A stretch of DNA of 64,000 bases from Catajapyx aquilonaris (Eukaryota): contig KZ538111.1 of NCBI GenBank assembly GCA_000934665.2, forward strand, positions 1 through 64,000, given 5' to 3'. Under the pieces are notes generated by a model. It was not told the origin of the DNA. It made no database searches and saw nothing but the letters and a program-made list of their open reading frames with translations. Below are positions 13,762 through 27,761 of this stretch, one piece after another. The stretch's first letter is position 1. Every line of letters starts with the position of its first letter. The position numbers and the translations under genes are program-made.

Positions 13762-15135
13762 GCCCTTTAATTTTTTAAAAAGATTTTAGCAGTGAAACTG
13801 CTAATTTCAAAATGAAACCGTTCACCAAAATTCAACTGCAGTCCAGAATTGTCTGCTCTTAGGTTTAGAAACCTGATTTCTGTATGGTGTGCAGTAGACT
13901 TATTGTTAGTAACATATATCCACTGTGTAAGCGTAAGCGCAGTGGCGCTTAGTAATCGTTAGTTTCATTCGCGGACACCCTGTGCGGAGGTCTCCAGATG
14001 CGACTTTCCTGGCTAATGTGCACACAGTTGGAGCCCTTTCCATTCTGTAACCCTGGGAGCGTGGGTTTCTATAGGCTGCATGCTACTTGCTTTTTGCCTT
14101 CGAGGTTCTTAACTAATGTGACACGGTAACGTCGTTCCCAAATTCGACCTCGGGAGTGGATACGTGCCCTCATTTGCATGTGCGCCCGTATTCCGGAACG
14201 TATAGGCATTCGGTTCACGTCAACATCGAAAGGCCACGTCTCGGAGAGAAAATTCCGCTCCCTGTCAGTCAGCATGCATAGGCCTATATATTTTTAGCAA
14301 GGCTGACACTTTTTTCCCCAAATAGGCGTCATTTAAAGTTAAATCTGCGTGACATTTCTAGCGTTTAACGGCACGTGATATAAATGCCATTTCGTTTTTA
14401 TATTTTTGATCCGGTATCTATAACCGTAGAGCTGGATCAAAAAAAAAAAAAAAGAGCTATAGAGCGTATATTGTGCGTAGTGTAGGAAGAAAATGCGATG
14501 AGTTTATTAAAACAGTTGACTCGTGTACGTGAAATTGTTCAATTACATGTCCCTCTAATGTGATGCATAATTAAACCTTGACAATTAACACCTTCACTAG
14601 AGTTTTTGATTAAAACAGTTGGTGCACTCTCAATATGAAGTAGTCACTTATAATATTCCCTTGGGAGTCAACATCAAATTTGCTGTAAATATTGTGCCTC
14701 ATATTCCACACTATGAAGGTTTCATTATAAATTTTAAATTGGCTCTCCCATCAATGTTTGTTAATAAATCGCACATTTTGCGTAGCTGTCATTTTTATGT
14801 CTTTTCTCTCACCCAGGCAATGTCTGCCACATGTGGTAATGTCGAATGAAGGTATAGTGCTGGAAACGTAATTGTCTCTCACGCCTCTGCATGCCAGTAA
14901 AATGTAATTCTGGCACTAAAAACGTCATTTGCAATCCTCCGGCTCCAATAGAAAGTGTGTGACTACCAACCCCTTTCAAATTAAACTGGAACAAGTGAAA
15001 TCATTCGCTGAAATCTAGTATATAGTCAAGGTGACTCTTTCCTGCAGGGTTCACAGGTAATGTTTCCAAACTTTTCAGTAACCTAATAATAAAAGGCGGA
15101 ATATACTGTGAGTAGTTAACATGGATATATTCTGT

Positions 15136-15256
15136 TGGTGTTCCAGAAAAATTAATGTATACAGTACAGAGAGTAATTCTCTGTACTGTACATTAATCTT
15201 TCTGGAACACCACGATTGTCAACATGGAGGAATTATTCCTCCGTGTTGACAATCGT
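15136..15256. repeat. Two abutting near-perfect palindromes/hairpins
   Basis: 15136-15212 TGGTGTTCCAGAAA...TTTCTGGAACACCA; 15212-15256 ACGATTGTCAACATGGAGGAA-TTA-TTCCTCCGTGTTGACAATCGT. Confidence 0.9.
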
Positions 15257-16178
15257 TTAGGTGATCAGTTTATCTATTTGGGTTGGCTATACCTAGCAAC
15301 CAGGTTTAGACCTAGGACAGCTTCCTTGTGGCTCTGTTGATTCCGACTTTTCTGAACGCCAGAAATAAAAAGCATAAGCAGTAAGCGGATATAAGAAGTG
15401 ACATATTTTAAACCCGAGTAATTGCCATCCGGATGGACTTTGCTTCATTTATGCCTTGCCTGTCACTCCTCAGCTCATTAAATTGCAATTAGCCGTCTGC
15501 TGTTTCATATTTCCCTGCACACAATTTGCCTCCACTTAGGATGCCGACGGGGACTACATTTGAACTTCACCACCCGACTTGTGCCACATGCGCAGCTTTG
15601 ACTGCATTATTCGTGGCAATAAACTGCCGTGAAAGTGCATTTAACGTACCGCAAGCTTCGCAGTCTTCATTTGCACACAAAGTTCTATAGTTTCTAGGAT
15701 TCTACAGTCTGGGGCACCCTAGAGAATATGCACCGCGTGAAGTTTTGAAAAAAGTAAATGCTGGTGCGACATCTGGCGACAGTTAAGGAGCATTCGCACT
15801 GTGGCAAACCAGGCAACCTTTATACTATCCTAAGGGTGGCTGCAAGTAGTCGATAAAGATATGAGTCATTTTGGAAACTTTTGGACTGCTGTGTGATTCA
15901 AAGAGCAGAGCATTTAAAAAGATAAGGGTATCATTGTAGAAGCTCGTGCTGTGCTTGAGGTTATGCTAATATGTCAGGAGTTCCTTCTGCAAACAGGCCC
16001 TTATTAAGACTAGGTACTGTGCATTTGTGTAAATGCGAGAAGCCACAGGATTTCATGAAAATCTTGGGCATATATGACAAGACCGTTATGTAGCTTTTCT
16101 TGCTAAGTTCAGCAAAATTTGTCAGCTGAAAAATGTGATTCACACCGAGGATATGAATAGATCAGGTCTTGAAGCGTA

Positions 16179-16431
16179 CATTGTTGGACATTAATTGCGT
16201 CATGCTGCTAGTGACATTTTCCGATGCGGCAGAAGTGCAAATCGAAGTGAGAATGAGCCGTGCGAGTAAGAAGAGGTAGGCCGTGAGTGACATCGTCGGG
16301 GGGCAATGGAGAAAAGGCTTGTCCCCACACAGTGACGTCACCCAAGGGCTACCATTTCTTACTCACAATGCTCGCACTTCGATTTGCACGTCTGCCGCAT
16401 CGGAAAATGTCGCTATTAATGTCCAACACTG
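16179..16431. mobile_element. MITE family A copy 3
   Basis: TA|CATTGTTGGACATTAAT ... ATTAATGTCCAACACTG|TA. Confidence 0.92.
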
Positions 16432-19420
16432 TACACTCGCTGATCTTAAACTTCAGTTTCTGTTATCAGGTGTTCCTACCATATATGAAGGGAAGTTCGC
16501 TCGTTGTGGTACGCCACATCAGAGCGAACGGGTTTTAGATCAGGGTTTAGAGCAGCGTTCCTTTCTAGAACTTCAAGGGAGATGTACAAATTCTGTGAAG
16601 GAATGTTGCAAGGATCGAAGCTTGCAGCACTAAAACCGCAGCTCTGTACGTTCAAACAAAGGTCGGATACTATAGCTGACGAAATGTTGCAGGCAATTTG
16701 CGTGACCTTGCTGGGATGTGCAATTTTTGTTTGTCTCGAAGCTTTTACTTGAGAGCGAGATATGTTTTTCAATATTAGCGGAAGACCGGTAAAGTCGCAT
16801 TTGCAAGCACCTCAGGCGAGGTACAGTACTATATTTTAGAAATGATTCCCGCAGGCGGCATTGCTGTATACGTTTGTATAGTGTCAAAAGTTTAATATGG
16901 TTTCCGTGCGGACTGAACATAACAATTTAATAGTGTAGTTGTTTGCTTTCGAATAGTTTCTAGGAACATACAATATATTTGCTATGTTCAACAACTTTAC
17001 AGTGTTTATACACTGTACTATGCAGGCTGGGTGCTGCATATGCAATGAACATACTACTGTACAACATTCATGTGTTCCGTTCACACATATATGCACCATT
17101 ACTATTTATGCAGAGAAACGCATCATGGATGCTCACGAACTACTGAATCACCAAAAAGTAGCGAAAACATGTAAACTGTGAACGACGTTATTCACCCAGG
17201 GTGGATTTTCATGAAGACTACAAAATAGCGATATCACAAAGGTGCTTTATTCGAACAGTTGCCCTTTTTGTCAATTCTTCATGAGGGAAGTATAGAGATA
17301 TGCATCATTTATTGGACTTATGCAGTGTAATACATGGCGTGCCTAGAAGAATCCAATAACTAAAAAAAAGTCGATAGCTATGACCCAGCGCTTTTAGGAG
17401 TGATGTGCTTGTTATTGAGACAATGTGAGCACGACTTGTTTGACATTGGAGTCTCGCTCCTTTTACAGTTTATTTGACATATGCAGTGATGAATCGCTGC
17501 GGAATTCGTAAGTTATAGGAAGGTATTTCTGAAGTACAGTAAATTGAGTCGACGAAGTTACGGAGTTGTCTGACGAGTCGACTCTTGGTGGAAAATAGTT
17601 TTATGTCAATGCAGTTGTTCTACATGTATGTGTAGGTAGCAAAGGCTGTCGGAAATTTAGGCAATTTAAAGATCGTTTAGTCACAGTTTAATTTAGACTG
17701 ACTCTGAGCACTGCACATGTGATACCAGCTGTAATTTCGATCTGTATCGACGCAAAACTACAATCGATTCGTAAGTCATTTCTGTTAAATCTATAGCTAA
17801 GTACTGTAGTTAGATTTGAAATAACTTGGGACGAAAAATCTGAGCGAATCATCGAGGAAACGTCACATAAATAATAACGATTGAATGTGCAAAGACATAT
17901 CATTTTGACGTACAGATTGATCATACTTGGAGCAAGACGACAGAATGATTGCCCTTCACCAAACTTGATCTTTCTTTTATTCAGGGTGGTTCACTACAGT
18001 CCTCAGTTCAAGAGGGGAATATGGGTAAGAAGTTTCGATTGTTCATCCAAGCAAGCTTCTCTTGAAACTAGTTGCTGAGTGAACGATTCATAACTGGAGG
18101 CCTGCACTACCATGTATACCAGATAGCGTACAGGATGAGGATTCTCATACAAACATGCAATTCCCAACTCCCGATCAAAATTCAGCCCATATCGCCACGT
18201 GGACGACCTCATACGAAAGTAACACAAGGGGTTGGTTAGGTATACGTTTGTTTTTTTTTGTAATGGAAAAAAAACCACTCCATGTCACGACTTGCACCGA
18301 GCCCAGCTTAAACCTCAGAAACACCTAACCCTTGAATATGTTATTCCCCCCAACCAGCAGCTTCACAGCAAAACGACCTAAATGATTTATGATGTTTTTT
18401 CCCCCCCTGAAAGTTGGATGCTCCTGTTGTTATTCAGCTCTGGAGAAAAAGTCTGGAGCCGTTATAACCCATGCTCCCCAATTCCCTCTGGCGGACGCGT
18501 TCAAAATATACAGTACAGTATGCCTCGCGTCGAAAGATCAGAGGGATCATCCCTGCAAAAATTATCTTGAAACAAACCCCAGCCGGAAATTTGGCTCCAA
18601 AGAGTGGAAATTTCAGAGGCAGCGTTGCGTTACAAGGCAGACGCGACGGAGATAAAGGGAGGGGAAAAAGAGTGTCCTGGCAACAGTGAGTCCCAGAGGG
18701 CGCGTATTGTTGGAGGCATTTTGGAAACGAGGGCTTCGTCCTGGCAACGCTACTCCCCCCCTACGGCTTGGTCCTCCCGCTGCCGTCGTTTTGAGTTGTC
18801 GCCATGGAAACGCCCAAATTCCTCCCGCGGGCCCTCTTCCAACTCGGGCCTTGCTGCTCAATTCCCCTTTCCTCTCATTTCCCATCCTGCTGCCACGTGA
18901 CGTCACTGCCCAAATTTTTTTGGGATGAGCTCAAAATACGGTGTATCTCACTCGACAATGGTGAGCATCTTGGATCAATAGTCACATGGATACAAAATGG
19001 CTGTTGAGGCTTATTGTTCCTGGCATGCGATCACAATTGAGGTGTGGAGTGGCGATGGTGTCGATTCCGCTTTTTAGATAGGGGATTTTGAGCGACAGTT
19101 CTTTGATGTCGATTTGACTTTTTTTTGACATTGTGGAATAAAATGCGATGTGACTTTATTTCGTAACCGCTTTTGAACGGTGTGTCAAACAGTATTGTCG
19201 GTCCAGTAGAACTAGGATTGTTGGAGAAGTCATATCTTTCGTCCCAAACTTCAAAAACTAGTAAGGGTGAAAGTCGTATGCACGCTCTGCCCTAATCCCA
19301 ACTTACTAAGAGGGGATTAGTGCATGGCATGCACGCGATCTTCGCCCTTATAGTTTTGAAGTTAGGATGCTTCTTCTTGTGACGGAAGATATGGAGACAA
19401 ACCCCACTTGTTCTCGAGAC

Positions 19421-19491
19421 ATTGGGTGGAATTTTCGTCGTACTACTAGTTACTGCTAACTTAGCTGTAGTACGACGAAAATTCAACCAAT
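19421..19491. repeat. Isolated hairpin with a perfect 18-bp stem
   Basis: GAATTTTCGTCGTACTAC (19429-19446) pairs with GTAGTACGACGAAAATTC (19467-19484), extendable to ATTGG/CCAAT. Confidence 0.85.
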
Positions 19492-20881
19492 CACTTGTAC
19501 AGTTATTATGTGCGATGTCGCAGTTAACCTCTCGCCTAGCCACTGTTAACTCATAAGATAATGTATTTTTTAATGATTAAGTTCGGCTAAAGCAGGACTG
19601 TAATAAGTTCCCAGCACAAAACGTCTGTGAAAAAGCTCGTTGCTGCCCATTAGCCTGCCCAATTCCAAGTGGATGGAGCAATTACAGTATCATGCTGCGG
19701 ATTTAGGTCATTAAAGTGGTCAAAAAAGTGTGCAGACTATGTACAGCGTTATTAATTTTGATGAAACTAATTCGAGGTCCATTGTACAGAGAGGGGTTGG
19801 TGAAGTATCAGCAGGGATGGAAAGGATCCATATTGGATGGGACTGGCTGAACTGATTGGTTACGGGTTGTGTGTTACAGTGTGTAATTAGCTTATGATGC
19901 TCAAGTTTTTAGCGTCCTATCAAAGGGGCAAGTTGGAGCGGACTATTAGTAACTAACTGCACGGGGGTAGCCATAACAGGAGCAAATTATATTATCAACA
20001 ATTTTTTTTCCTGGTTATGCAGTTTGAAGTTTGACAAACTTCAAACTAAATGGACGCATATACTGATCATAGAAATAAATTGGGAGTAGAAATGGCCCAG
20101 TCTATAGTACCCACTCTTTGGTATACCTATAGACGAAAACCAATCTTTGCCAGCTTGACAGGCCGGATAAAGTCTGCATTCAGGCCTCTGATGGTGAAGC
20201 ACACCCACTGCAGGCCAGAATGATAGAAAGAGGTAGGATATTGGTTGGAAATTTCAGGTGCCAGTCGCCAGTACAGAATGTGCCCGGTGGCCATAACTAA
20301 ATATTTGAATCTGGTCGGGCACTTTGCAGTGCTGAAAATGAGCAATGCAATTTACAGACACTAATTGAGCAACATTAATTTTTTTTTTGTCACAGATATT
20401 GATGCAGTGGCGAACGTACTCTTTGTATAGGCTTGCGGAGGATTATAAGTGTATTTAGGGTGGAAGAGATGGGCGGGCAGCCATGACGTCGCGACACGAC
20501 CGAAATATGTGTCTGGAGCCAACCCTCCTCACTTCCCCATACCAAGTCATAGTTCATCCTTATACTGTAGAAAAAAGTACAGTAGTTTAAAAAAAATTAC
20601 ATGGGGCTTGCCAGGATTGCCGGAATTACGCAACAGGGTTATAATGGTACAAATAAATTGAGGTCCATTGAGATGCATTGCCAGACACTCTGGCTTCGTC
20701 TGGCCAGTGGCTGACACAATGGTACTTTTTATATCATGCCAACTCTGCCAAGACACTGTTACATTGTAGGAACGAAGGTCGCATACCATCGTGTTTCCTC
20801 GCACCTGCCTTTCATTTAAGAAATGTGGCCCACCCACGGCTTGGTAGAGCAAGAAGGTAGTGCACGCCGGGTCGAACGAGC

Positions 20882-21134
20882 GTTGGACATTAATCGCGTC
20901 ATACTGCTTACCGACATTTTCTGATGCGGCAGAAGTTAGAGTGTGAGCCGTGCGAGTAAGAAGAGGTAGGCCTTGCGTGACGTCACCAGCCGGGAGGCAA
21001 TGGAGAAAAGGCTTGTCCCCCAGCCAGTGACGTCACGCAAGGGGTACCATTTCTTACTCCCACATCTTTGACGTGCACGTCTGCCGCATTGGAAAATGTC
21101 GCTACCAGTATGACGGAATTAATGTCCAGCACTG
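20882..21134. mobile_element. MITE family A copy 4
   Basis: GTTGGACATTAATCGCGTCATACTG ... GACGGAATTAATGTCCAGCACTG|TA, with two GTGACGTCAC. Confidence 0.92.
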
Positions 21135-22238
21135 TACATTTTGGAAAGCTGTTATAGCTATCCTGGAGATAATGCTAGCGGAAATCGTTGACGCTTGATC
21201 CTTAGCCGGAAAATTTCCAACGACGTCCAGCCGCATTTGGAAGCATTTCCACAGGAGAGCAGCGTGTGGAAATGCAGGAGGGTGGGTTTAGCTCTGTCAG
21301 ATTGTGTTTGCGACGACCTGTATGAGACCAGGAGAAACCTGGTATAGTTTGGGTGGGGGGTGAAAAAGCGAGAGAGCTGGTGGAAAGTATGGAATGCTGG
21401 TCACGTTTGCTCGTTGGCGCAAGACGCGGGGCAAGGAAGCGCTCCAGGCTGCATTCCGACCACCGACGTTCTTTTCCTGACTTCCACCTTCCAAAAAAAA
21501 AAGGTCAATATTGCTCGAAAAAGAATGATTAACTCGACTGTATCTTGGCGTCGAAATATGGGAATGGTTCGGTATTGTTGTAGGGTTGCAGAAAGCAGTG
21601 TCAATATTTTAGTGACAATTGCTTTCCAATATGCAGTAAAAATTGCAATGGTTTCAGTAATGCAGTCTTCCTTCAATAACATTACTTATGTAAGGTAAAT
21701 TCTAACTTTACATGCTAGAAGGCGCTAGACACCAGTTTTTTGTTTGACGTGAACATTGCTGCCAACATGTTACATTTGAAGACCCGCCTCTTTCAACACC
21801 ATCTGTTGGGAAGTAGGTGCTGTCAGATGCAGTAATTCGGGCTTTTGCATGCTAGGACGCGCCACTGGTTGTTGGCAGAGCCACCTTGTAGCAAACCTAA
21901 ATCTGCGTATTTCTATTGTACATGTACGTATTTTGAGCTTGTTTTTCGACAAAATGGATGATCGCAACCCACATTTTAGTGGCGTGCAAGAGGAGAAAGG
22001 TCTAATCGGATTCTCTGGAAGACTGCAGGAACGTGAAGAGTTTTTTTTTCTCCGTTCCTTTCTTTCTTTTCCGTTCTTTCTTTTTTCTTGTGGCGGCGAA
22101 GGAGTGTTGGGCATCCGGGTCACGCTCCGAAAAGCCGGCAAGTGAAGAGAGTGCTCCCGAATTCTCCCCGGAGATCGCCTTTTGTTTTTTTACTTCCATG
22201 CTGCCTGTCGACTTTTTGGTGAAATTTGGCTCACTACT

Positions 22239-22266
22239 ATGATTGTCTCCTGCAACTCATCACGAG
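22239..22266 (+). other. Candidate coding end of an alternative elav first exon (MIVSCNSSR + phase-1 G)
   Basis: ATG at 22239 is open to the donor GAG|GTATGA at 22267. Phase 1 matches the acceptor at 54687. Preceded by leader-like sequence. Confidence 0.4.
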
Positions 22267-24609
22267 GTATGACATTATTTACCACGTAGTGAAAGGCACG
22301 TGCCGAAGTTCCATTCCGGAATTTGAGGGGACAAGTGGATGATTTGTGAAATGTAGACTGAGTATACCTATACATTTCACAAATTACCCTAACTGCATTC
22401 AACCGTTCCTATATAATAGGAACGAAGCAAATTCTTCTGGCAATCTTGGCTTATCGCCTTAATTTAATTCCACTCATGAAATTTCATTTCAGAATTGTGT
22501 TGTTATTATATGCTTACTCTCTCTGCATTTTTTAAATGTTGGTGAGCGTATTTTTTAATTTAAGATTCTCAGGAGCAAGGCTCAGAACTTTCTCACTCCT
22601 CGCCTTTTCCCTTTGTGGAAATTTTCAGGTTGGAGTAATCCGAGTTTGACTAACAAAAGAAACTGCAAAGGAAAATGAGCATACGCACATCTCATCTACC
22701 TTCTTTTGTCTCTGGGACACGAAATTTTGCGAATTATCTCTGGTCCCAAAATCGATCCAGCGCAGTTGCCGCGCCTTTTTTGACTTGTCTATAGCAGTGC
22801 TCTTTTCCATAGGGAAAAGATCTATCTTCCCCCACACGTCCCAATGAAGAATAGTGGACGTCGAGGATTAGGTTTTAATCCGGGTCCATCGAAAAATCGA
22901 AGGCCGTATAACTCTGTCTTCTCATCACTCATCGTGTCGAGAGAGGTATACAAAAAGTGCCTCAGAAACTTTTCTATGTCCTCCCACCTTTTTTTGTTGT
23001 ATATACGGATTCGCCATTTTTCAGCGAAGTAAACATCTCGACGACGAAATGTCTCCTTCTGAAAAGCAACGTATCACCTTTTTGCACCTCTGATTTACTG
23101 CAGACTCTGATTGAAATAAGAAGATTCAAGTAAGCTTTAAGACTGTTATGGAAAAGCAGAAGTCGACTTATACGAGAGCCGATAATGTAATGTGATCCAA
23201 TCAGGCATTCTAAGTAGTGGGAAAATGTGGCACTGTTATGCTCTGTGTTACAGGGTGCAGAAATGATGCGATATTAGCCCTTGTTGTGCAGGGCTCGGAA
23301 TTAAACAACACCGCGAGCTAGATAAAGGATCTCAGGTCTGTAGAATTTCCAGCACTGCACAGCCATGCCGCAACTTAAAATGTCATTACAAATGTGACCT
23401 GCTTTATTTCGGATTATTATTCAAGACCAGAAGCGTTCAACTTTCACGGCGCATTTCTGATGATACTGTATATATAGTGCAATGTGGTATTTTGCGTTCA
23501 AGTATAATAACGTGATATTATAAGGCATTGTAAAATGATTCGAGTGTGCTCAAACAACCATCAGCACTCGACCAGCAATGATACAGTTGAGTACTTGTAT
23601 ATAAATTTACCTTAAGTACACAAGGTGAAAAAGAGTCGACTTTAATTTGCATATGACTGTGGCACATCCTTGGTTCTTGGTAAACGGTTTTTAAAAATCA
23701 CGCCTTAATCTGGAGCAAATGTGGTCATTTCATAGCCATTCACCCATGACCATGTAAAGCTCATTAGCACCACACATTGCCGCATGAAAAGCATTTTTAT
23801 GCTCCTAAAACTAATGAGTAACCCACATTCATACTTAAGCTTCGCTTCGATCTAGGCAAACCCCATAGGATTTGAGGACATGAATGGTCGTGATCTGGCG
23901 CTGTACGACGAGGGAGCCACATGTGAATGAAAGTTGAAAGAGGCATTACCTCTGCACGTGAAGAGCGTAACATAAGTAGACTAATTGCAGACTGCCTTCG
24001 GAGGACTTATCCACATGTTTGCAAATTATTTTACGACTGGGAACGAGTCTCGGAAGCCCCATTTTCTGAAGGCCAAAAGCGTTTCTACGAGAGTAACTTT
24101 TCTTGCTATTTTACAGACTCTCTTAAGTGTCGAAGTAAATTAGGCAGTAGAAAAAGTACTTAGTACTTAATTGTTGGATATTGCTGGAAGTTTTTCCGAA
24201 CGGTTTTGTAGCAGTTATTCCTATAACAGACGCCATACAACGCTTCATGGCATAATTATGGAATGATTTAGTATCTATGCTACTTGAATACTGACCAGCC
24301 AGGGATTGCTTTTAATTGCCAATGGTTTGTGCTGATTGGGTATAAAAGCCGTTAATCTCGTCCCTAGTAATATTTATTTATGTGCTCAGTGTGAGAGTAG
24401 TATATATCTCGACATGATTGGAGAGAAAATTGGGCCCAAATTGGGTGCGGATTGAAAGGTGATTGAATGTTGTTTATTAGTTCCCTTCAATAGAAACAAT
24501 TTATCTTGGCAGTGGGATGCAAGACTTTCAGATGAACTTAGGTAATATGCTGATGAATAACTAATATAAAATTATGTGGTGACTTTTTTTCTCCTCGGTT
24601 CTCGGTATA

Positions 24610-24811
24610 CAAGGTGTTTCAACTTTTTTGTCCGAACAAATATTGCACTAAGTTGCTACGTTGTAAGCAGTGCATGCCACTTCAACCTACGATTCGCAGA
24701 GAATATTCCCAATTTCTCCGACAAACCGGTTGCAAGTCACTGCTTACAAAGTAGCAGCTTATACTGCAATATTTCCGATAACTGTTCGGACAAAAAAGTT
24801 TGAACACCCTG
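24610..24811. mobile_element. MITE family B copy 2
   Basis: Colinear similarity to 62-274, with inverted ends CAAGGTGTTTCAACTTTTTTGTCCGAACA / TGTTCGGACAAAAAAGTTTGAACACCCTG. Confidence 0.88.
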
Positions 24812-26692
24812 CATATGTACAGCATATGATATTATGCATATGAAATTTGATCCGTGATGAAGATCACATTTCTAAATTAATTTGAATAACTTATTCTTGG
24901 AATATTGCATCTATATATGGAATACTGTATTGCAAAAACCTTTGCTGACCTTTATAGGATCACTTTGTTTTTACAATGTGCTGTAATATTGTATGAAAAG
25001 GTCACATGTAGCCTACAAGCGTGCTAGGCCTATACTTATTATATTAGCCGCTTGATATGAAATTCAGTGTATACAGTATATATGAATTTGTAGTGCGGGC
25101 TCTGCCACTTGTAAAATCATAACAGGGCTAATTATGTTGGACCATATAGCCTCCATATGTCACATGCAGCATAACAACCCTGCACAGACATAAAAGTAGA
25201 CATTTTTTATTACACATTTTGACCGCAATATGCCCGAGTCCCAGACCTATACACCGAACCCAAAAAGAATTTAATGTTATACGCGAGCAAGAGTAAATTT
25301 ACGGTACGATCGTAAAACAAAAGCCTCAAAAATACTGCGTCTGATCCTTCTGCGGCACTGGCACTGTGCCAATAATTCCAGAAAGTCAAATGTCCTACTG
25401 GTGGGAGTTATAGTTGTACAGTACTTAGTTCTGTGTAATCAGGAGGTTTTACTCCTGAGGAGCAGACGAAGTGGCGAGAAATGGAGAAACATGAGGTTTT
25501 TTTTTTTTTTTTGGTACTAATGTCTCAAGATGAAAAGTTGGGAGGACGCATACTGTTCGTCTCAGAGAGTTAAAAAAAACTAGTTTTAAAAAAGTGGACT
25601 GTCCAGAACACTTTGTGAAATTATCTGCCCTGTTAGCTACTTAACGACCGTTAAATTGACCTACATGCTACGTATTAGCTAGGGGGAAGTGTGTATTAAA
25701 AGGACAGTGGGTTCTTTCTGACATGGGCTGCCACTTGGAAGTTAAAGGGGAAGGAACTTTAAAATTTATGTGGCAAATAGTATCAAACGTGCTATTGAAA
25801 CAGCTCGAAAACTAATATTTATTTATTCAAACAAAAAAACACCAAAATTCATTTAAAAATAATAACTATTTTACATGGGTTTGCAAAATGTATGCTAGGA
25901 CCCTATTTGCAATTTTTTCCCAGAGTAGCATAAAATATTTGATTTAGATTTGCAAATGTGATTAAACCTAAAATGCGTCACCCTGCTTGACTTGAAAGCT
26001 GGGGCGGTAACATTAGAAGATTTTCGCTCCCAGACTACCTGTTAGCTACATAGGCCTTAATAATTCATTGCGAAAATTTCCGCCTTAGCTCTTGAAGTCT
26101 GACACGTCTGTTGATTCAAGGCACAACTAAAAACTTTTCTCGTCCCGACTTATTGAGGAAACTCTGCGTAAGAATGGAAGTGGGGCAAAGTGACGCAACT
26201 TAATTTTCGCAGAAAAGCTGCAAAAAGAGGTGCTTTTTTGGAGGGGGGGAGGAGTGTTGATGCTGGGTCTGGAAATATAGCTGGTGAGATGCAAGCGTCA
26301 AGGTTTTCTAAGGTTCGCGAGATTTATGACCGGGTTCCTGAGCCTTTAGCCCGAGGTTGACTTTACGAAAAGCCACATTTGTTCCCTCAACCCTTTTCCT
26401 TCCCAAGCTCTCGTCTCTCTCCACCTGTCCTGATGCAACCCGCCAAAAAACTGGTTCTACCCATACCCTGCTCTTAAAATGAAACTGCTGACGGGCAAAT
26501 TTATCAACGCGCCTTTCCCTGTTGACAAATATCCTCCATTAATTAGAAGAGGACTTCTACCCCCTTCACTGAAAAGCATCCCCCCCCCCCCAAAAAAAAA
26601 AAAATGTTGCTGGGAGTTGGCACCCTTGCTGCCGTCAAGGGTGCCAGATGCATTTGCTATGCTTGAGAGATAGATTAGTTGAGAGAAATATA

Positions 26693-26837
26693 CAGGGTGT
26701 CAGAATATCCCACCAGTAATTGCGACCCGCTGAAAGCATGGCTAATATAGACCTCCAGTATCCAATAGCCGACTAATGAAATAGAATCCAGTAATTTTGA
26801 CATGCAGACAATAGTTATGAAATGTGCCCGCACCCTG
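26693..26837. mobile_element. Probable short CAGGGTG-ended MITE
   Basis: TA|CAGGGTG ... CACCCTG|TA; the TIR is only ~7 bp. Confidence 0.5.
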
Positions 26838-27535
26838 TACCCCCCTCTCACGTCCGTAATCACTTCGGCAAATAGGGGTCTCGAGAGGAATTGGTGCACA
26901 CACTATAAATTCCTGTTAATTCGGCCCAGCACAGTCTGTCAGGCAACTTGGGTCAACATTATAACAGCCTCTGGTTTTATTTGAACTAAGGCCGATGGTG
27001 GAATAAATGGCAGTGTGTTTCTCGTATATCATTTGCCTAATGGGGGAATATTTAACAGATCACATTTTCACGTTAAATATGTGCGAGGGTTCAAAAATTT
27101 CATGGAAAACAACAGAACCGGTACTGGTACGTGACCAAACCGTTCCGGAACATTAGGAGTATGTCTGTTCCTAAAGGACTGGTGATTATGCAAGGAGGCG
27201 ATGAGCATGTGAAACGAGTGTGGTCAGTGTTAGTGTGCCGGGTTCATCACGTAAGTCCACTTACATTTGCTGCTTTTCCGCTCTAATGTTGCACTTGAGC
27301 CCTGTGCGCAGCGGCCTCTTTACAAACGGGCTCGTAAATGGTCCAAAAATGGTCCAAACTGTCGCGAGGTATGCTTGGCACAGAACCAAAAGCGATGGCC
27401 GCACTTTTTCATGGGAGTCGCCATGTTAGAATATTTGCGGTAGCGGTAGGGATCGATCTAATGCGTTATATTCACTGTGCATTTGTGAACAAAGTCATAG
27501 TGCATGAAATGGAATGGACGAAGAATATTACAGGA

Positions 27536-27761
27536 CAGTGTTGGACATTAATCGCGTCGTACTGCTAGCGACATTTTCCGATGCGGGAAACGTACAAATG
27601 GAAGTGATAGAGCGTGAGCCGTGCGAATCAGAAGAGGTAGGCCTTGGGTGACGTCACAGGCCACAGGCTGCTTTCTCGCATAGCTAGCACGCTATCACTT
27701 CTAACGTCTGCCGCATCGGAAAATGTCGCTAGCAGTACGACGCGATTAATGTCCAACACTG
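27536..27761. mobile_element. MITE family A copy 5
   Basis: CAGTGTTGGACATTAATCGCGTCGTACTGCTAGCGACATTTTCCGATGCGG is perfectly inverted at the right end, followed by TA. Confidence 0.93.

Noticed and set aside
14403..14453. Hairpin followed by poly-A, terminator-like on the minus strand
   Set aside because: Eukaryotic context, and the stem relies largely on T/A homopolymers.
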